Below, piece by piece: positions 32,161 through 41,910 of a stretch of 64,000 nucleotides of DNA. The stretch's first letter is position 1. Every line of letters begins with the position of its first letter. A program made the translations under genes and the position numbers. The stretch spans positions 576,001 through 640,000 of the forward strand of contig CAWCNY010000003.1 in assembly GCA_963797095.1 (NCBI GenBank), in the 5' to 3' direction. The DNA comes from an uncultured Chloroflexia bacterium. GTDB lineage: Bacteria; Chloroflexota; Chloroflexia; QHBQ01; JADMIH01. The notes below the pieces were generated by a model, which did no database searches, was not told the origin of the DNA, and saw nothing but the letters and a program-made list of their open reading frames with translations.

Positions 32161-34176
32161 ATGTGCGGAATAGCGGGAATATTCGCTTATACAGGCTACA
32201 CACAGATCCATCCGGTACTAAGCCGGATGCTTGCCGCGATCAGCCATCGCGGGCCTGAGGTTGCCAGCGTCTACATTGACGGCCCTATCGGCCTGGGCCA
32301 TGACCGCCTCAGCATTATCGACCTCGAGGGCGGCTTGCAGCCAATACCGAACGAAGACGGCTCTATCTGGGTGATCTGCAACGGCGAGATATTCAACTAT
32401 ATAGAGCTTCGCGAAGAGCTACTGGCGCGAGGGCATACCTTCCGCACCGGCTCCGACTGCGAGATCATCATACACATGTACGAGGAGATGGGGCCTGAAT
32501 GCGTACAGCGCTTCATCGGCCAGTATGCTTTCGCCATCTGGGATGGTCGCCAGCGCAAGCTGATGCTCGCCCGCGACCGCCTGGGCATTCGTCCCCTCTC
32601 CTATGCTCGGCGCGATGGCACCCTTCTCTTTGCCTCCGAGATCAAAGCCCTGCTGGCAAGCGGCCTCGTTGCAGCCAAACTGGACCTCCGCTCTCTCGAC
32701 CAGGTCTTCACGTACTGGTCCCCACTGCCTGGGCACTCAGTGTTCGAAGGCGTGCAGGAGCTTCCGCCCGGACATTATCTACTGGCCGATGAAAAAGGCA
32801 TCGCTTTGCAAAGGTACTGGGCGCTCGATTTCTCCGCCGAACTCGAAAGCCCTGCCAGAAGCGAAAGCTATTATGCCGAGCGCCTCCTCGATCTGCTGAT
32901 CGACGCCACCCGCCTCCGCCTGCGAGCCGATGTGCCGGTGGGCGCTTACCTCAGCGGCGGCCTCAACTCCTCGACCATAGCCGCCATCGTGCGCCGCTAC
33001 ACAAACAACGACCTCAAGACCTTCTCGATAGCCTTTCGCGATAAGCAATTCGACGAGCGAGCGCACCAGCACCGGATGGCCGAGCACCTTGGCACAGAGC
33101 ATATCAGCATCGAATGCACGGGCAGCGACATAGCCGAGGTTTTTCCCGACGTCGTGTGGCACGCCGAGGTGCCTCTGCTCCGCACCGGCCCCGCGCCCAT
33201 GTTCATGCTTTCGCAGTTAGTGCACGATCACAAGTTCAAGGTAGTGCTCACCGGCGAAGGCTCAGACGAAGCTCTGGGCGGCTACGACATCTTCAAGGAA
33301 GCCCAGGTGCGCCGCTTCTGGGCCGCCAACCCTGAATCCGATCTAAGGCCTCTCCTCCTAAAAAGGCTGTACGGCGACGTGCGCGGTATGGACAGTACCT
33401 CACAAGCCTACCTTAAAGCCTTCTTCAAAAACGGGCTTACCGAGACCGGCAACCTCTATTACAGCCACCTGGTGCGCTGGCGTAGCACCGCCCAACTCAA
33501 GCAACTCTTCTCCGAGGATACAAAGGCCCACCTGGAAGGCTACGACAGCAGCAACTTGCTCGATAGGACGCTCGATGGCCTGCGGCCCGACTGGCATCCC
33601 CTCTCTAAGGCCCAGTACATAGAAAGCCGCCTCTTCATGGCCCAATATCTCCTCTCCTCTCAGGGAGATCGCATGGCCATGGCACACGCGGTCGAGGGAC
33701 GCTTCCCCTTCCTAGACCACCGGCTTGTCGAGTTCGCCACCACCATTCCAGCCCATCTTCGCCTGCGCGGCTTCAACGAAAAATATATCCTGAAGCGCGC
33801 GGTGGCCGACCTCCTACCCGCCGAAGTGCTTGCAAGGACCAAGAAGCCCTATCGCGCCCCCATACGCGACGCCTTCCTCGGCCCCGACTCGCCCTCCTAC
33901 GTCCGAGACATCCTTTCGCCCTCGGAGGTACAAAAGGCAGGCATCTTCGACCCTGCCGCCGTGCACATGCTGGTGAAAAAGTGCCTCTCCGCCCCCGCAG
34001 TAGGCGAAATGGATAGCATGGCCCTGGTAGGCATCCTCTCCACACAATTGCTGCACAAACGATTTATTCAGGAAGACATCTCACGGAGTACTAATAATGA
34101 CGCTATCTCAACCCTATTTGTAGATACTGACACCCATGAAAGGCGAAGCGCCCCATACAATTCCGCCATTGCATAA
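32161..34176 (+). CDS. asnB: Asparagine synthase-like glutamine amidotransferase
   Basis: MCGIAG, HRGP, RLSIID, NGEIFNY, ARDRLGIRP, LSGGL(N)SS, LTGEGSDE, DRMAMAHAVEGRFPFLD. Confidence 0.92.
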   Translation: MCGIAGIFAYTGYTQIHPVLSRMLAAISHRGPEVASVYIDGPIGLGHDRLSIIDLEGGLQPIPNEDGSIWVICNGEIFNYIELREELLARGHTFRTGSDCEIIIHMYEEMGPECVQRFIGQYAFAIWDGRQRKLMLARDRLGIRPLSYARRDGTLLFASEIKALLASGLVAAKLDLRSLDQVFTYWSPLPGHSVFEGVQELPPGHYLLADEKGIALQRYWALDFSAELESPARSESYYAERLLDLLIDATRLRLRADVPVGAYLSGGLNSSTIAAIVRRYTNNDLKTFSIAFRDKQFDERAHQHRMAEHLGTEHISIECTGSDIAEVFPDVVWHAEVPLLRTGPAPMFMLSQLVHDHKFKVVLTGEGSDEALGGYDIFKEAQVRRFWAANPESDLRPLLLKRLYGDVRGMDSTSQAYLKAFFKNGLTETGNLYYSHLVRWRSTAQLKQLFSEDTKAHLEGYDSSNLLDRTLDGLRPDWHPLSKAQYIESRLFMAQYLLSSQGDRMAMAHAVEGRFPFLDHRLVEFATTIPAHLRLRGFNEKYILKRAVADLLPAEVLARTKKPYRAPIRDAFLGPDSPSYVRDILSPSEVQKAGIFDPAAVHMLVKKCLSAPAVGEMDSMALVGILSTQLLHKRFIQEDISRSTNNDAISTLFVDTDTHERRSAPYNSAIA

Positions 34177-34235
34177 CCTACACCTGATAGATAGAAACCG
34201 TTGAGCGCGCCAAACCGCGCGGAAGGGATTATGTT

Positions 34236-35300
34236 GTGACAGCAATTATTACCAAGCAAGCTATAGATCCGATTACAGGCCACAGACTATGCACCCGTTG
34301 CGTGCTCCCCGACACTTTTCCGGGCATCGTGTTCGATGATGAGGGAGTTTGCAACTACTGCCATCGCGCCCTCATGGAAGAGAAACTGGCCGCCCAGCGC
34401 GAGATAGCGCGTGCCAAGTTCGACCAGCTTCTGGAGGAAGTTCGCGGGCGCGGTACATACGATGTGCTGGTCGGCTGGAGCGGCGGCAAAGACAGCACTT
34501 ACATCCTGGCGCGCCTCCTCAAAGAGTTCAACGTGCGCGTGCTCGCCTTCACATTCGACAACGGTTTCGTATCGAAGCAGGCATTCCGCAACATGGAAAA
34601 GCTCTCGGATAGCCTGGGCGTCGATCACCTCATCTACAAAGGCCGCTTCGACCTCATGAGGACCGTCTTCAACGCCTCCGCTGAAGGCGACGAGCTATAC
34701 CCGAAGTCCGCACTTGGCCGTGCAAGCAACATCTGCACCTCCTGCATGGGCATCGCCAAAAGCCTTGCCTTGCGCCTCTGCATAGAGAAGAACATCCCTA
34801 TGACCGCCTTCGGCTGGACCCCCGGCCAGGTGCCTCTCGCCTCCGGCATCTTCAAGAGCAACCCCCAGATGATCCGCAAGATGCAGGAGGCCGCGTCCGG
34901 CCCCATGCGCCGTCTGGTCGGTGACGAGGCCGTTCGGCCCTACTTCCTCGAAGAAGAACACTACGAACACCCTGAGCGCTTCCCCTACAATATCTCTCCC
35001 CTCGCCTTCATGGTCTACGACGAGACAAAGGTGTTCGAGTACGTCGAAGCTCTGGGTTGGAAACGCCCCAAGGACACCGACGCCAACTCTACAAACTGCC
35101 TGCTCAACAGCTACGCCATCAATGTTCATCTCGACCAGACCGAGTTCCACCCCTATGTGGCCGAGCTTGCCGGTCTGGTACGCGAAGGCCGTATGGGGCG
35201 CGAAGAGGCGCTTAACCGCATTCACGAGGCCCCCAGTGAGCAGGTGGTCAATTTTGTCACCGATCGTCTGGGCATACCCAGGTATAAGAGTGGCAGGTAG
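34236..35300 (+). CDS. PP-loop (N-type) ATP pyrophosphatase, N-acetyl-sugar amidotransferase (WbpG)-like
   Basis: CTRCVLP..FDDEGVCNYC, YDVLVGWSGGKDSTY, FTFDNGF, CTSC, STNC, REGRMGREEAL. Confidence 0.78.
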   Translation: MTAIITKQAIDPITGHRLCTRCVLPDTFPGIVFDDEGVCNYCHRALMEEKLAAQREIARAKFDQLLEEVRGRGTYDVLVGWSGGKDSTYILARLLKEFNVRVLAFTFDNGFVSKQAFRNMEKLSDSLGVDHLIYKGRFDLMRTVFNASAEGDELYPKSALGRASNICTSCMGIAKSLALRLCIEKNIPMTAFGWTPGQVPLASGIFKSNPQMIRKMQEAASGPMRRLVGDEAVRPYFLEEEHYEHPERFPYNISPLAFMVYDETKVFEYVEALGWKRPKDTDANSTNCLLNSYAINVHLDQTEFHPYVAELAGLVREGRMGREEALNRIHEAPSEQVVNFVTDRLGIPRYKSGR

Positions 35301-35356
35301 CTTTCCATTATGTCCATCTCGAGGATCCATCTATCTTGTTACTGGAGGTTCATGCA

Positions 35357-35629
35357 ATGATTAGAAGCGAAATCGAAGATCAGGTACGCGAATTCCTCAT
35401 GAGCAATTTTATCTTCGACTCGTCTGTGCAGTTAGGGCCTGATGACTCCCTTCTGGAAAGCGACATCGTAGACTCGACCGGCGTCCTGGAGGTGCTCATG
35501 TGGCTCGAAACTACTTTCGGCATCAAAGTCGAGGATAGCGAGGTGCTCCCTGAGAACCTCGATTCCATCAACGCTATGGCGGGCTTCATCATTCGCAAGG
35601 TTGAAGCAAATATGGCGGTCGCTTCCTAG
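35357..35629 (+). CDS. Acyl carrier protein
   Basis: Small acidic protein, DDSLLESDIVDSTGVLE..LE..FGI.VED.E..PENLDSI; RBS GGAGG. Confidence 0.9.
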   Translation: MIRSEIEDQVREFLMSNFIFDSSVQLGPDDSLLESDIVDSTGVLEVLMWLETTFGIKVEDSEVLPENLDSINAMAGFIIRKVEANMAVAS

Positions 35630-35674
35630 CCACGAACCCATTTGCCTCGCCATAAATCCCCTTCTGGTAAGAAT

Positions 35675-37219
35675 ATGCTGGTACAACATCTATTAGAAAG
35701 AGGCGCAGCCCTCTGGCCTGACAAGGTTGCCCTGATCTCCGGTCAAAAACGCATAACCTACAGCGAGCTGGAAGCACAGGCCAATCGGCTTGCGCACGCC
35801 CTGGTCGAGCGAGGAGTGGAACGCGGCGACCGCGTAGCCATCCTGCTGGAGAACAGCATCGAGGTAGCGGCAGCGGTCTTCGGAGTGCTCAAAGCTGATG
35901 CTGTCTTCATGGTGCTCCCGCCCGGCACCCGGCCCGCTCGCCTCGCCCTGATCCTGGGCGATGCCGAGCCGGTTGCCCTCATCACCGACCATCTGCGCAT
36001 CAAGGACCAACTTAAAGTGGTATCCGCCGCGCCCACGCTGCGCAGCGTGATCTGGGCCGATAGCAAGGCGCAACCCCTCAGCAGCCACGCCACCATCATG
36101 AACTGGTCCGACCTGGCCCATTCCCCCGACCACGCCCCATCCTCTACTACCCTGGAAAGTGACCTCGCAACAATAATCTACACGTCGGGCAGCACAGGCC
36201 AGCCCAAGGGCGTAATGTGCGCCCACTCAAGCATGATCGCAGCCACCGACTCGGTCAATGCTTACCTCAAAAACAGCGAGGACGATGTAATCCTTAACGG
36301 CCTCCCTTTCTCGTTCGGCTATGGTCTCTACCAGATATTCCTGGCCTTCCAGGTCGGGGCGCGCGTGGTGATCGAAAAGAACTTCGCCTTCCCCGCCCGC
36401 ATTATCTCCTTGCTCGAACAGGAAGGTGTCACGGCCCTACCGGGCGTGCCAACATTCTTCGCGTTGCTGTTGCAGTATCCCGACCTGCTCAAACGCGAAT
36501 TCCCACGGCTGCGCTATATAACGAACGCTGCGGCGGCTCTCCCCACCAGCCATCTCCAGCAGATCCGCACTGTCTTCTCCAGCGCTCAATTTATCTCAAT
36601 GTACGGCCAGACCGAGTGCAAGCGCGTCTGCTACCTGCCCCCCGAGGAGCTTGACCGCCGCCCGTCGTCGGTAGGCGTCGCCATCCCCAACAGCGAGGTA
36701 TATATCGTAGACGAAAAGGGCGAGCGTCTTCCCCCTGGGCAGGTCGGTGAACTTGTGGTACGCGGCCCGCACGTTATGCAGGGCTACTGGCGCTCCCCTG
36801 AGCTTAGCGCCCAGCGCTTCCGCCCCGGTCCCAACCCCGGAGAGCAACTCCTCTTCACCGGCGACCTCTTCAAGATGGACGAGGAGGGCTTCCTCTACTT
36901 CGTCTCGCGTAAAGACGACATCATAAAGTGCAAAGGAGAAAAGGTCAGCCCGGTTGAAGTTGAGAACGCGGTGTGCGAGTTGGAGGGTGTTGCCCTCGCG
37001 GCGGTGGTGGGCGTGCCAGACCCCCTCCTCGGCCAGGCGATCCGGTTGATAGTCGTGCGCCGGGAAGGCAGCGAGCTAACCGAGAGAGATTTGAAAGCAT
37101 TCTGCGCGCGCAGGCTCGACGATTACATGATGCCCAAGTACATCGACTTTGTGCAGGAGTTGCCACGCACGGACAATGGCAAGATCAACCGACGGGAGCT
37201 AGTTCATGCAATCTCGTAA
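35675..37219 (+). CDS. Class I adenylate-forming enzyme (acyl-CoA/ACP ligase)
   Basis: YTSGSTGQPKG, MYGQTE, GELVVRGPHVMQGYW, FTGD, GEKVSPVEVE, LPRTDNGKINR. Confidence 0.92.
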   Translation: MLVQHLLERGAALWPDKVALISGQKRITYSELEAQANRLAHALVERGVERGDRVAILLENSIEVAAAVFGVLKADAVFMVLPPGTRPARLALILGDAEPVALITDHLRIKDQLKVVSAAPTLRSVIWADSKAQPLSSHATIMNWSDLAHSPDHAPSSTTLESDLATIIYTSGSTGQPKGVMCAHSSMIAATDSVNAYLKNSEDDVILNGLPFSFGYGLYQIFLAFQVGARVVIEKNFAFPARIISLLEQEGVTALPGVPTFFALLLQYPDLLKREFPRLRYITNAAAALPTSHLQQIRTVFSSAQFISMYGQTECKRVCYLPPEELDRRPSSVGVAIPNSEVYIVDEKGERLPPGQVGELVVRGPHVMQGYWRSPELSAQRFRPGPNPGEQLLFTGDLFKMDEEGFLYFVSRKDDIIKCKGEKVSPVEVENAVCELEGVALAAVVGVPDPLLGQAIRLIVVRREGSELTERDLKAFCARRLDDYMMPKYIDFVQELPRTDNGKINRRELVHAIS

Positions 37220-38012
37220 CGACAATCTTCGCATTCTCTTCATCCACCACTCCACAGGCCAAAACCTGATCCGGCAAGGTGGCGTGCGCAACCTTATCGC
37301 CCAGCGCAACAAGCGCGATGGCACTGCACACGAATTCTGGGACCACGACTACAATGAGATTGGCCTCACAGACCCCTCCGGCGAGCGAACCGGCATATCG
37401 TTCAATATACCTGACGATGACACCGACCCTATCGGATATGATAGACTGTTCAGCCAGCCTGTCCACAACCCACCCGATAACGCCCTGAGCCACATCCTGA
37501 AGTACGACGTGGTAATCTTCAAGTCATGCTTCCCTGTGTCGGCCGTCCACAGCCGACCTCAGCTTCAACAGTACCAGCAGCACTACGCTTCCATTCGGGA
37601 TACCCTCAAACGCTACCCGCACATCCTCTTTATCGTAGTGACCCAGCCGCCCCTGGTCCCGCAATCCTCCCTCGGGATGGTCCTGGGCCGCTCGTCAAGA
37701 TGGATGTGGACCAACGATGCTGACGCGGTTCGAGCGCGTGAGTTCTCTCACTGGCTCACATCTCAGGACTTCCTCATGGGCCTGCCAAACGCTACAACGT
37801 TCGATCTCTTCGATCTGCTGGCCGAGCCTGCCTCGTCCCCCTCGCACCCTAACACCTTGCGAGCCGAGTATCGAAGCGGGCGGCTGGGATATGACGCTCA
37901 CCCCAACGAGGCTGCTAACAAAGCCATCGCCCCTATATTCGTCAACGCGATTTGGGACAGAATCAAGAGGTTCCAGCAATCCATCACACGCGACATGATC
38001 GCGGTACCCTGA
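37206..38012 (+). CDS. Hypothetical protein, possible SGNH-like esterase/acyltransferase
   Basis: N-terminal LFIHHSTG, FKSCFP, C-terminal DAHPN..AN..IA; overlaps the end of the ligase gene. Confidence 0.55.
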   Translation: MQSRNDNLRILFIHHSTGQNLIRQGGVRNLIAQRNKRDGTAHEFWDHDYNEIGLTDPSGERTGISFNIPDDDTDPIGYDRLFSQPVHNPPDNALSHILKYDVVIFKSCFPVSAVHSRPQLQQYQQHYASIRDTLKRYPHILFIVVTQPPLVPQSSLGMVLGRSSRWMWTNDADAVRAREFSHWLTSQDFLMGLPNATTFDLFDLLAEPASSPSHPNTLRAEYRSGRLGYDAHPNEAANKAIAPIFVNAIWDRIKRFQQSITRDMIAVP

Positions 38013-38036
38013 CATCTTCCCCACATTGGGGGTATC

Positions 38037-38777
38037 TCATGAGACTTTCAGGCGCTCATCAGCTATAAATTCATAGCCTCGCCCCTGGATCGTCCTGATC
38101 ATTTCTCCATCGGGCAGCTTGCTGCGCAGGCGATGCACATATACCTCAAGCTGATTGCTGCTCGCTTCGTAATCGTGCCCCCACGCCTCTGAGATCAACC
38201 TGTTGTGCGACACCACCTGCCCTGCATTGCGCATCAGCGCATGCAGCAATTGCGCTTCCATTTTGGTCAATTCCACAGCGCTATCTTGCCTCTCTAACTT
38301 CAGCATATTATTGCGCACATCCAGGCACACCCCGTTGATACACAGCATCGTCTGTAGCTGCGGGGCCATCGTAGGCTGCGTTCGCCTGATCAGAGAATGG
38401 ACGCGTGCTATCACCTCAGCCGGATCGAAGGGCTTGGTCATGTAGTCATCCGCCCCTTCGTTCAGGGCCGCCACTTTGTCCTCGCGGCTGTCCATCGCTG
38501 AAATAATCAATACAGGCAGCGCAAGCCCATCTTTGCGTATCTGCTTGCAAATCTGTAGGCCACTTATGTCGGGCAGCATCAAGTCAAGAACGATCAGGTC
38601 GATAAGCTCGTTCTTGAGAATCTCAAGCGCAGTCGCACCATCCGAGACTGTGTGGACGGTGTAGCCCTCATTGCGAAGCATGAAGGCAAGCATCTTCTGC
38701 GTGGGCGGATTGTCCTCAACAACAAGTAATTGCATGGGAGCCTTGCCGCCATTGGTAGGGGTTACCGAATATTTCAT
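38037..38777 (-). CDS. OmpR-family response regulator (orphan)
   Basis: LLVVEDN, VLDLMLP, GADDYMTKPF, LEVYVHRLRSKL, TIQGRGY. Confidence 0.92.
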   Translation of the reverse strand: MKYSVTPTNGGKAPMQLLVVEDNPPTQKMLAFMLRNEGYTVHTVSDGATALEILKNELIDLIVLDLMLPDISGLQICKQIRKDGLALPVLIISAMDSREDKVAALNEGADDYMTKPFDPAEVIARVHSLIRRTQPTMAPQLQTMLCINGVCLDVRNNMLKLERQDSAVELTKMEAQLLHALMRNAGQVVSHNRLISEAWGHDYEASSNQLEVYVHRLRSKLPDGEMIRTIQGRGYEFIADERLKVS

Positions 38778-38915
38778 AATTCTATCTTATGGTTACTCAC
38801 CCGTCAACGGGTACCAACCAATTCTGAACAATTCGACATAATGTATGACTAACACATTAATTACAATAATTATACATGAAGTATGCCCAGGCTGCTGGCA
38901 ACCCCGACCGTCTGC

Positions 38916-39629
38916 TCACCCTCCATTCAGCAAGTTATGTTCCCGCGCGAAAATAGCTGCCTGCGTGCGGTCGCGCAATCCCAGTCGCCCCAAAATACTG
39001 GAGATATGGTTCTTGACGGTGCCCTCGCTGATCACAAGCTGCTCCGCGATCTCCCTGTTGGTGGCTCCCTGTGCGATCAGGCGCAACACCTCCAACTCTC
39101 GGCTGCTGATCGCGGCCAGCTTATCATTTCCTGCGATGGTTTCCTCTGCTTGCCCGGCGTTTTGAGGCTGCGCCAGGGCCGTGGATCTCTGCAACGAAGC
39201 CACCAGCTTGCCCGCCACCGCCGCGTCAAGCTGGTAGATTCCGTTCTTCGCCGCGTGGATCGCTTTCGCGAGGTCTGATGCCGGCACATCCTTGAGCAAA
39301 TATCCAACGGCTCCCGCTCGTAACGCCTCAACCACATACTCGTCATCATCGAAGGTGGTCAGCATCAATACCTGGCATCCAGGCAGCGCACTCAGCACCC
39401 TGCCGGTCGCAGCCACCCCATCCAGCACCGGCATCCGTATATCCATCAGCACCACATCAGGCCGCGTAGCCAGTACCTGCTCGACCGCTTCCTCTCCATC
39501 GGCAGCGGTCCCCACGACACGAATGCCCTCCTGCACATCCAGCAGAGATGCTATCCCCTCGCGCATAAGGCGCTGGTCGTCAACTACCAGCACACGTATC
39601 TGATTGTCCGCGCCATCACCCATATGCAC
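38916..39629 (-). CDS. NarL/LuxR-family response regulator
   Basis: VLVVDDQ, LMDIRMP, LTTFDDD, GYLLKD, SSRELEVL..G.TNREIA..L.ISEGTVKNH. Confidence 0.93.
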   Translation of the reverse strand: MHMGDGADNQIRVLVVDDQRLMREGIASLLDVQEGIRVVGTAADGEEAVEQVLATRPDVVLMDIRMPVLDGVAATGRVLSALPGCQVLMLTTFDDDEYVVEALRAGAVGYLLKDVPASDLAKAIHAAKNGIYQLDAAVAGKLVASLQRSTALAQPQNAGQAEETIAGNDKLAAISSRELEVLRLIAQGATNREIAEQLVISEGTVKNHISSILGRLGLRDRTQAAIFAREHNLLNGG

Positions 39630-39635
39630 TCCCTG

Positions 39636-41069
39636 CTACTGCTCCGCAGGGAGCGCTTCGCGCTGCTCCGCAGGGAGCGCTTCGCGCTGCTCCGGCGCGG
39701 CCATGCCAACCGACACCTGGGGCCGCCCACCCTTCGGTATCTCCACACAAAGAGTGGTGCCCTTGCCGGACGTAGTCTCGATCCTGAAGTTGCCTCCTAG
39801 CAGCGCCACGCGCTCTTCAAGGCCCTGCAATCCATAACCCCCATTCCCATTGCCGTTCGTGCCCGCATCCTGTAAAGCCGCCATATCCACGCCTTTGCCG
39901 TTATCGCTCACCCGAAGCACGGCCTTGTCCGGCCCGAATTGTAGATCGATGGCAGCCTCACTTGCCCCTGAGTGCTTCTGTATGTTGGTCAGCCCTTCCT
40001 GCGCGGCCCTGTACAACGCCATGCGACCCTGTGCAGCAAAACCTTCTTCGCTCCCCTCGATCTTCAACCTCACGCTCAACTCGCTACTGTCTGTATGTCC
40101 AACCAGTTCTTCCAATGCTCGCCGGAGCAGGAAAGGCTCCGTTTCGGGGGTTGCCCGCAACGCCCCCACCGAGCGGCGCACATCTCGTAAGGCTTCACTC
40201 GCCAGCCGCTTGGCATCGCTCATCGCCCGGTCCGCCTCTACAGGTCGTGCCTCCTTGAATGCCAGCGCCTTTTCAAGCTGGACATTTATCACTGTAAGAT
40301 AGTGCCCAAGGCTGTCGTGAATGTCGCGGGCCAGCCGGTTGCGCTCTTTGGTGGCAGCAAGCTCACCAACCTGCTCCGCGTAAGCCCGCAACTGCCTGTG
40401 CGATTCTTCCAGTTGCGCCAGCAGCATCTCCGAGCGCGCCCGGCTGCGCATCTCGCTCCCCACAACCTGCGCCATCGTTATCACAAAGAGCAGCCCCACC
40501 GCGAAGATCAGGAACTCGCGCACGATATCGCCACTGCTGTACCAGTGCGGCGAAAGCATGTTGAGCTTGACCACGTACACGACCAGCACGAGCAACGCCA
40601 TCAGATAACAAAAGCGCATCCCCTTGTACAAAAAGGCGCTGAAAGGTATCACCAGGTAAAGGAATGGCGAGAAACTGAAATTGTCGATCTGCGCCACCAC
40701 CTCGATCAACGCCATGCGCGACACAAACGTAAGAGCCGACACGCGCGGCGGCACAGCATCCCCGAAAAACCACCATTCCCACCTTTCAAGCACAAGCAAA
40801 GCCACTATCGCTATCACTACCAGAATGGACGGCACCCACTCCAGTTGCCACCCGTAATTGCCCATCACCCTGTCAAAGAAATATAGGCTGATAGCTCCCA
40901 GGTACAACAGGGTGGAAACAAGGTCGAACGGCTTGGGGAATAGCTTCACGTACAAGCGCCACAAAAAGGACTCGCCTGCCCTGGAAGCGTACTCCGCATC
41001 CGCTTGCAGGCCCACCACTCCCTTACTGTTCACGTCATTGGCTGTCACCGTATGGCTGCTCATCTCCAT
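39636..41069 (-). CDS. Membrane sensor histidine kinase (HisKA_3 type)
   Basis: N-terminal TMs, ERNRLARDIHDSLGH, QEGLTNIQKH, DNGKG, GYGLQG. Confidence 0.93.
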   Translation of the reverse strand: MEMSSHTVTANDVNSKGVVGLQADAEYASRAGESFLWRLYVKLFPKPFDLVSTLLYLGAISLYFFDRVMGNYGWQLEWVPSILVVIAIVALLVLERWEWWFFGDAVPPRVSALTFVSRMALIEVVAQIDNFSFSPFLYLVIPFSAFLYKGMRFCYLMALLVLVVYVVKLNMLSPHWYSSGDIVREFLIFAVGLLFVITMAQVVGSEMRSRARSEMLLAQLEESHRQLRAYAEQVGELAATKERNRLARDIHDSLGHYLTVINVQLEKALAFKEARPVEADRAMSDAKRLASEALRDVRRSVGALRATPETEPFLLRRALEELVGHTDSSELSVRLKIEGSEEGFAAQGRMALYRAAQEGLTNIQKHSGASEAAIDLQFGPDKAVLRVSDNGKGVDMAALQDAGTNGNGNGGYGLQGLEERVALLGGNFRIETTSGKGTTLCVEIPKGGRPQVSVGMAAPEQREALPAEQREALPAEQ

Positions 41070-41103
41070 CTCTCGCTACTCGTTACTCGTCACTCGCCAC
41101 CAG

Positions 41104-41910
41104 TCAAGCAAGAATATCCCGCCGGCTGAACGCCACCATGCTGATCGCGAGACACACCACGCTCACCCCCAGTAAGATGGCGGTATACCCAACATCCACC
41201 CCCGAAGAGAAGGGCTTGCTCGCTGAGAAGAGGTAGTAAATAGTCCATTCCCTGTAGCTTTGCAGCCCCTTCACAAGTGGAGCCAGGCCGTTCAGTATGA
41301 AACCCACCATTGCCAGCGCCACGGCCACCCCCAATGGGATCCCCCGGCCCCGAACCCCACACGCAAGAGCGAAAGCCACCGACCCATACAACAAAGTCAA
41401 AGGCATAATATTGAACGCTGCCAGCATCCACGTCCCGAACGACACATCCTGTCCAATGCTGATGCCCCCGATCCACATCCCCAACCCGATCAACACGCAG
41501 ATCAGCACCAGCGCCCCCGCCAGGGCCGCGTACTTCTCCAACGCAACTCTCCAACGAGGCAGAGGGTGCGCCAGCAAGAAGTCCATCGTGCCGCTCTCTA
41601 TCTCCCCGGTGACGCTGCCCACGGCGGCCATCACGATGTATACCGCCAGCACCACCGGCATGAAACTCAGGAACTGCGAGGTGATGAAGCCCTCCAGCGT
41701 GCTAAACGAAGCAACATCCCCCAGAAAGCCCTGAAGCTGGGGTATCTGCTCGAATAGCTGGTCGAACTCGCTATTCGCGCCGATTGACGGGTAGAAAAGC
41801 AACGTGAGATAAGCCAATCCGGCCAGGCCAAGTCCCCAACCCAGTATCGCTCTCCGTTGATCGCGCAATCCCTTGAGAAAGACGGTGCTGAAAAATATGC
41901 TATCCCACAT
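41104..41910 (-). CDS. ABC-2 type exporter permease
   Basis: Six TM segments, GEIESGTMDFLLAHPLPR, C-terminal FSRRD. Confidence 0.9.
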   Translation of the reverse strand: MWDSIFFSTVFLKGLRDQRRAILGWGLGLAGLAYLTLLFYPSIGANSEFDQLFEQIPQLQGFLGDVASFSTLEGFITSQFLSFMPVVLAVYIVMAAVGSVTGEIESGTMDFLLAHPLPRWRVALEKYAALAGALVLICVLIGLGMWIGGISIGQDVSFGTWMLAAFNIMPLTLLYGSVAFALACGVRGRGIPLGVAVALAMVGFILNGLAPLVKGLQSYREWTIYYLFSASKPFSSGVDVGYTAILLGVSVVCLAISMVAFSRRDILA

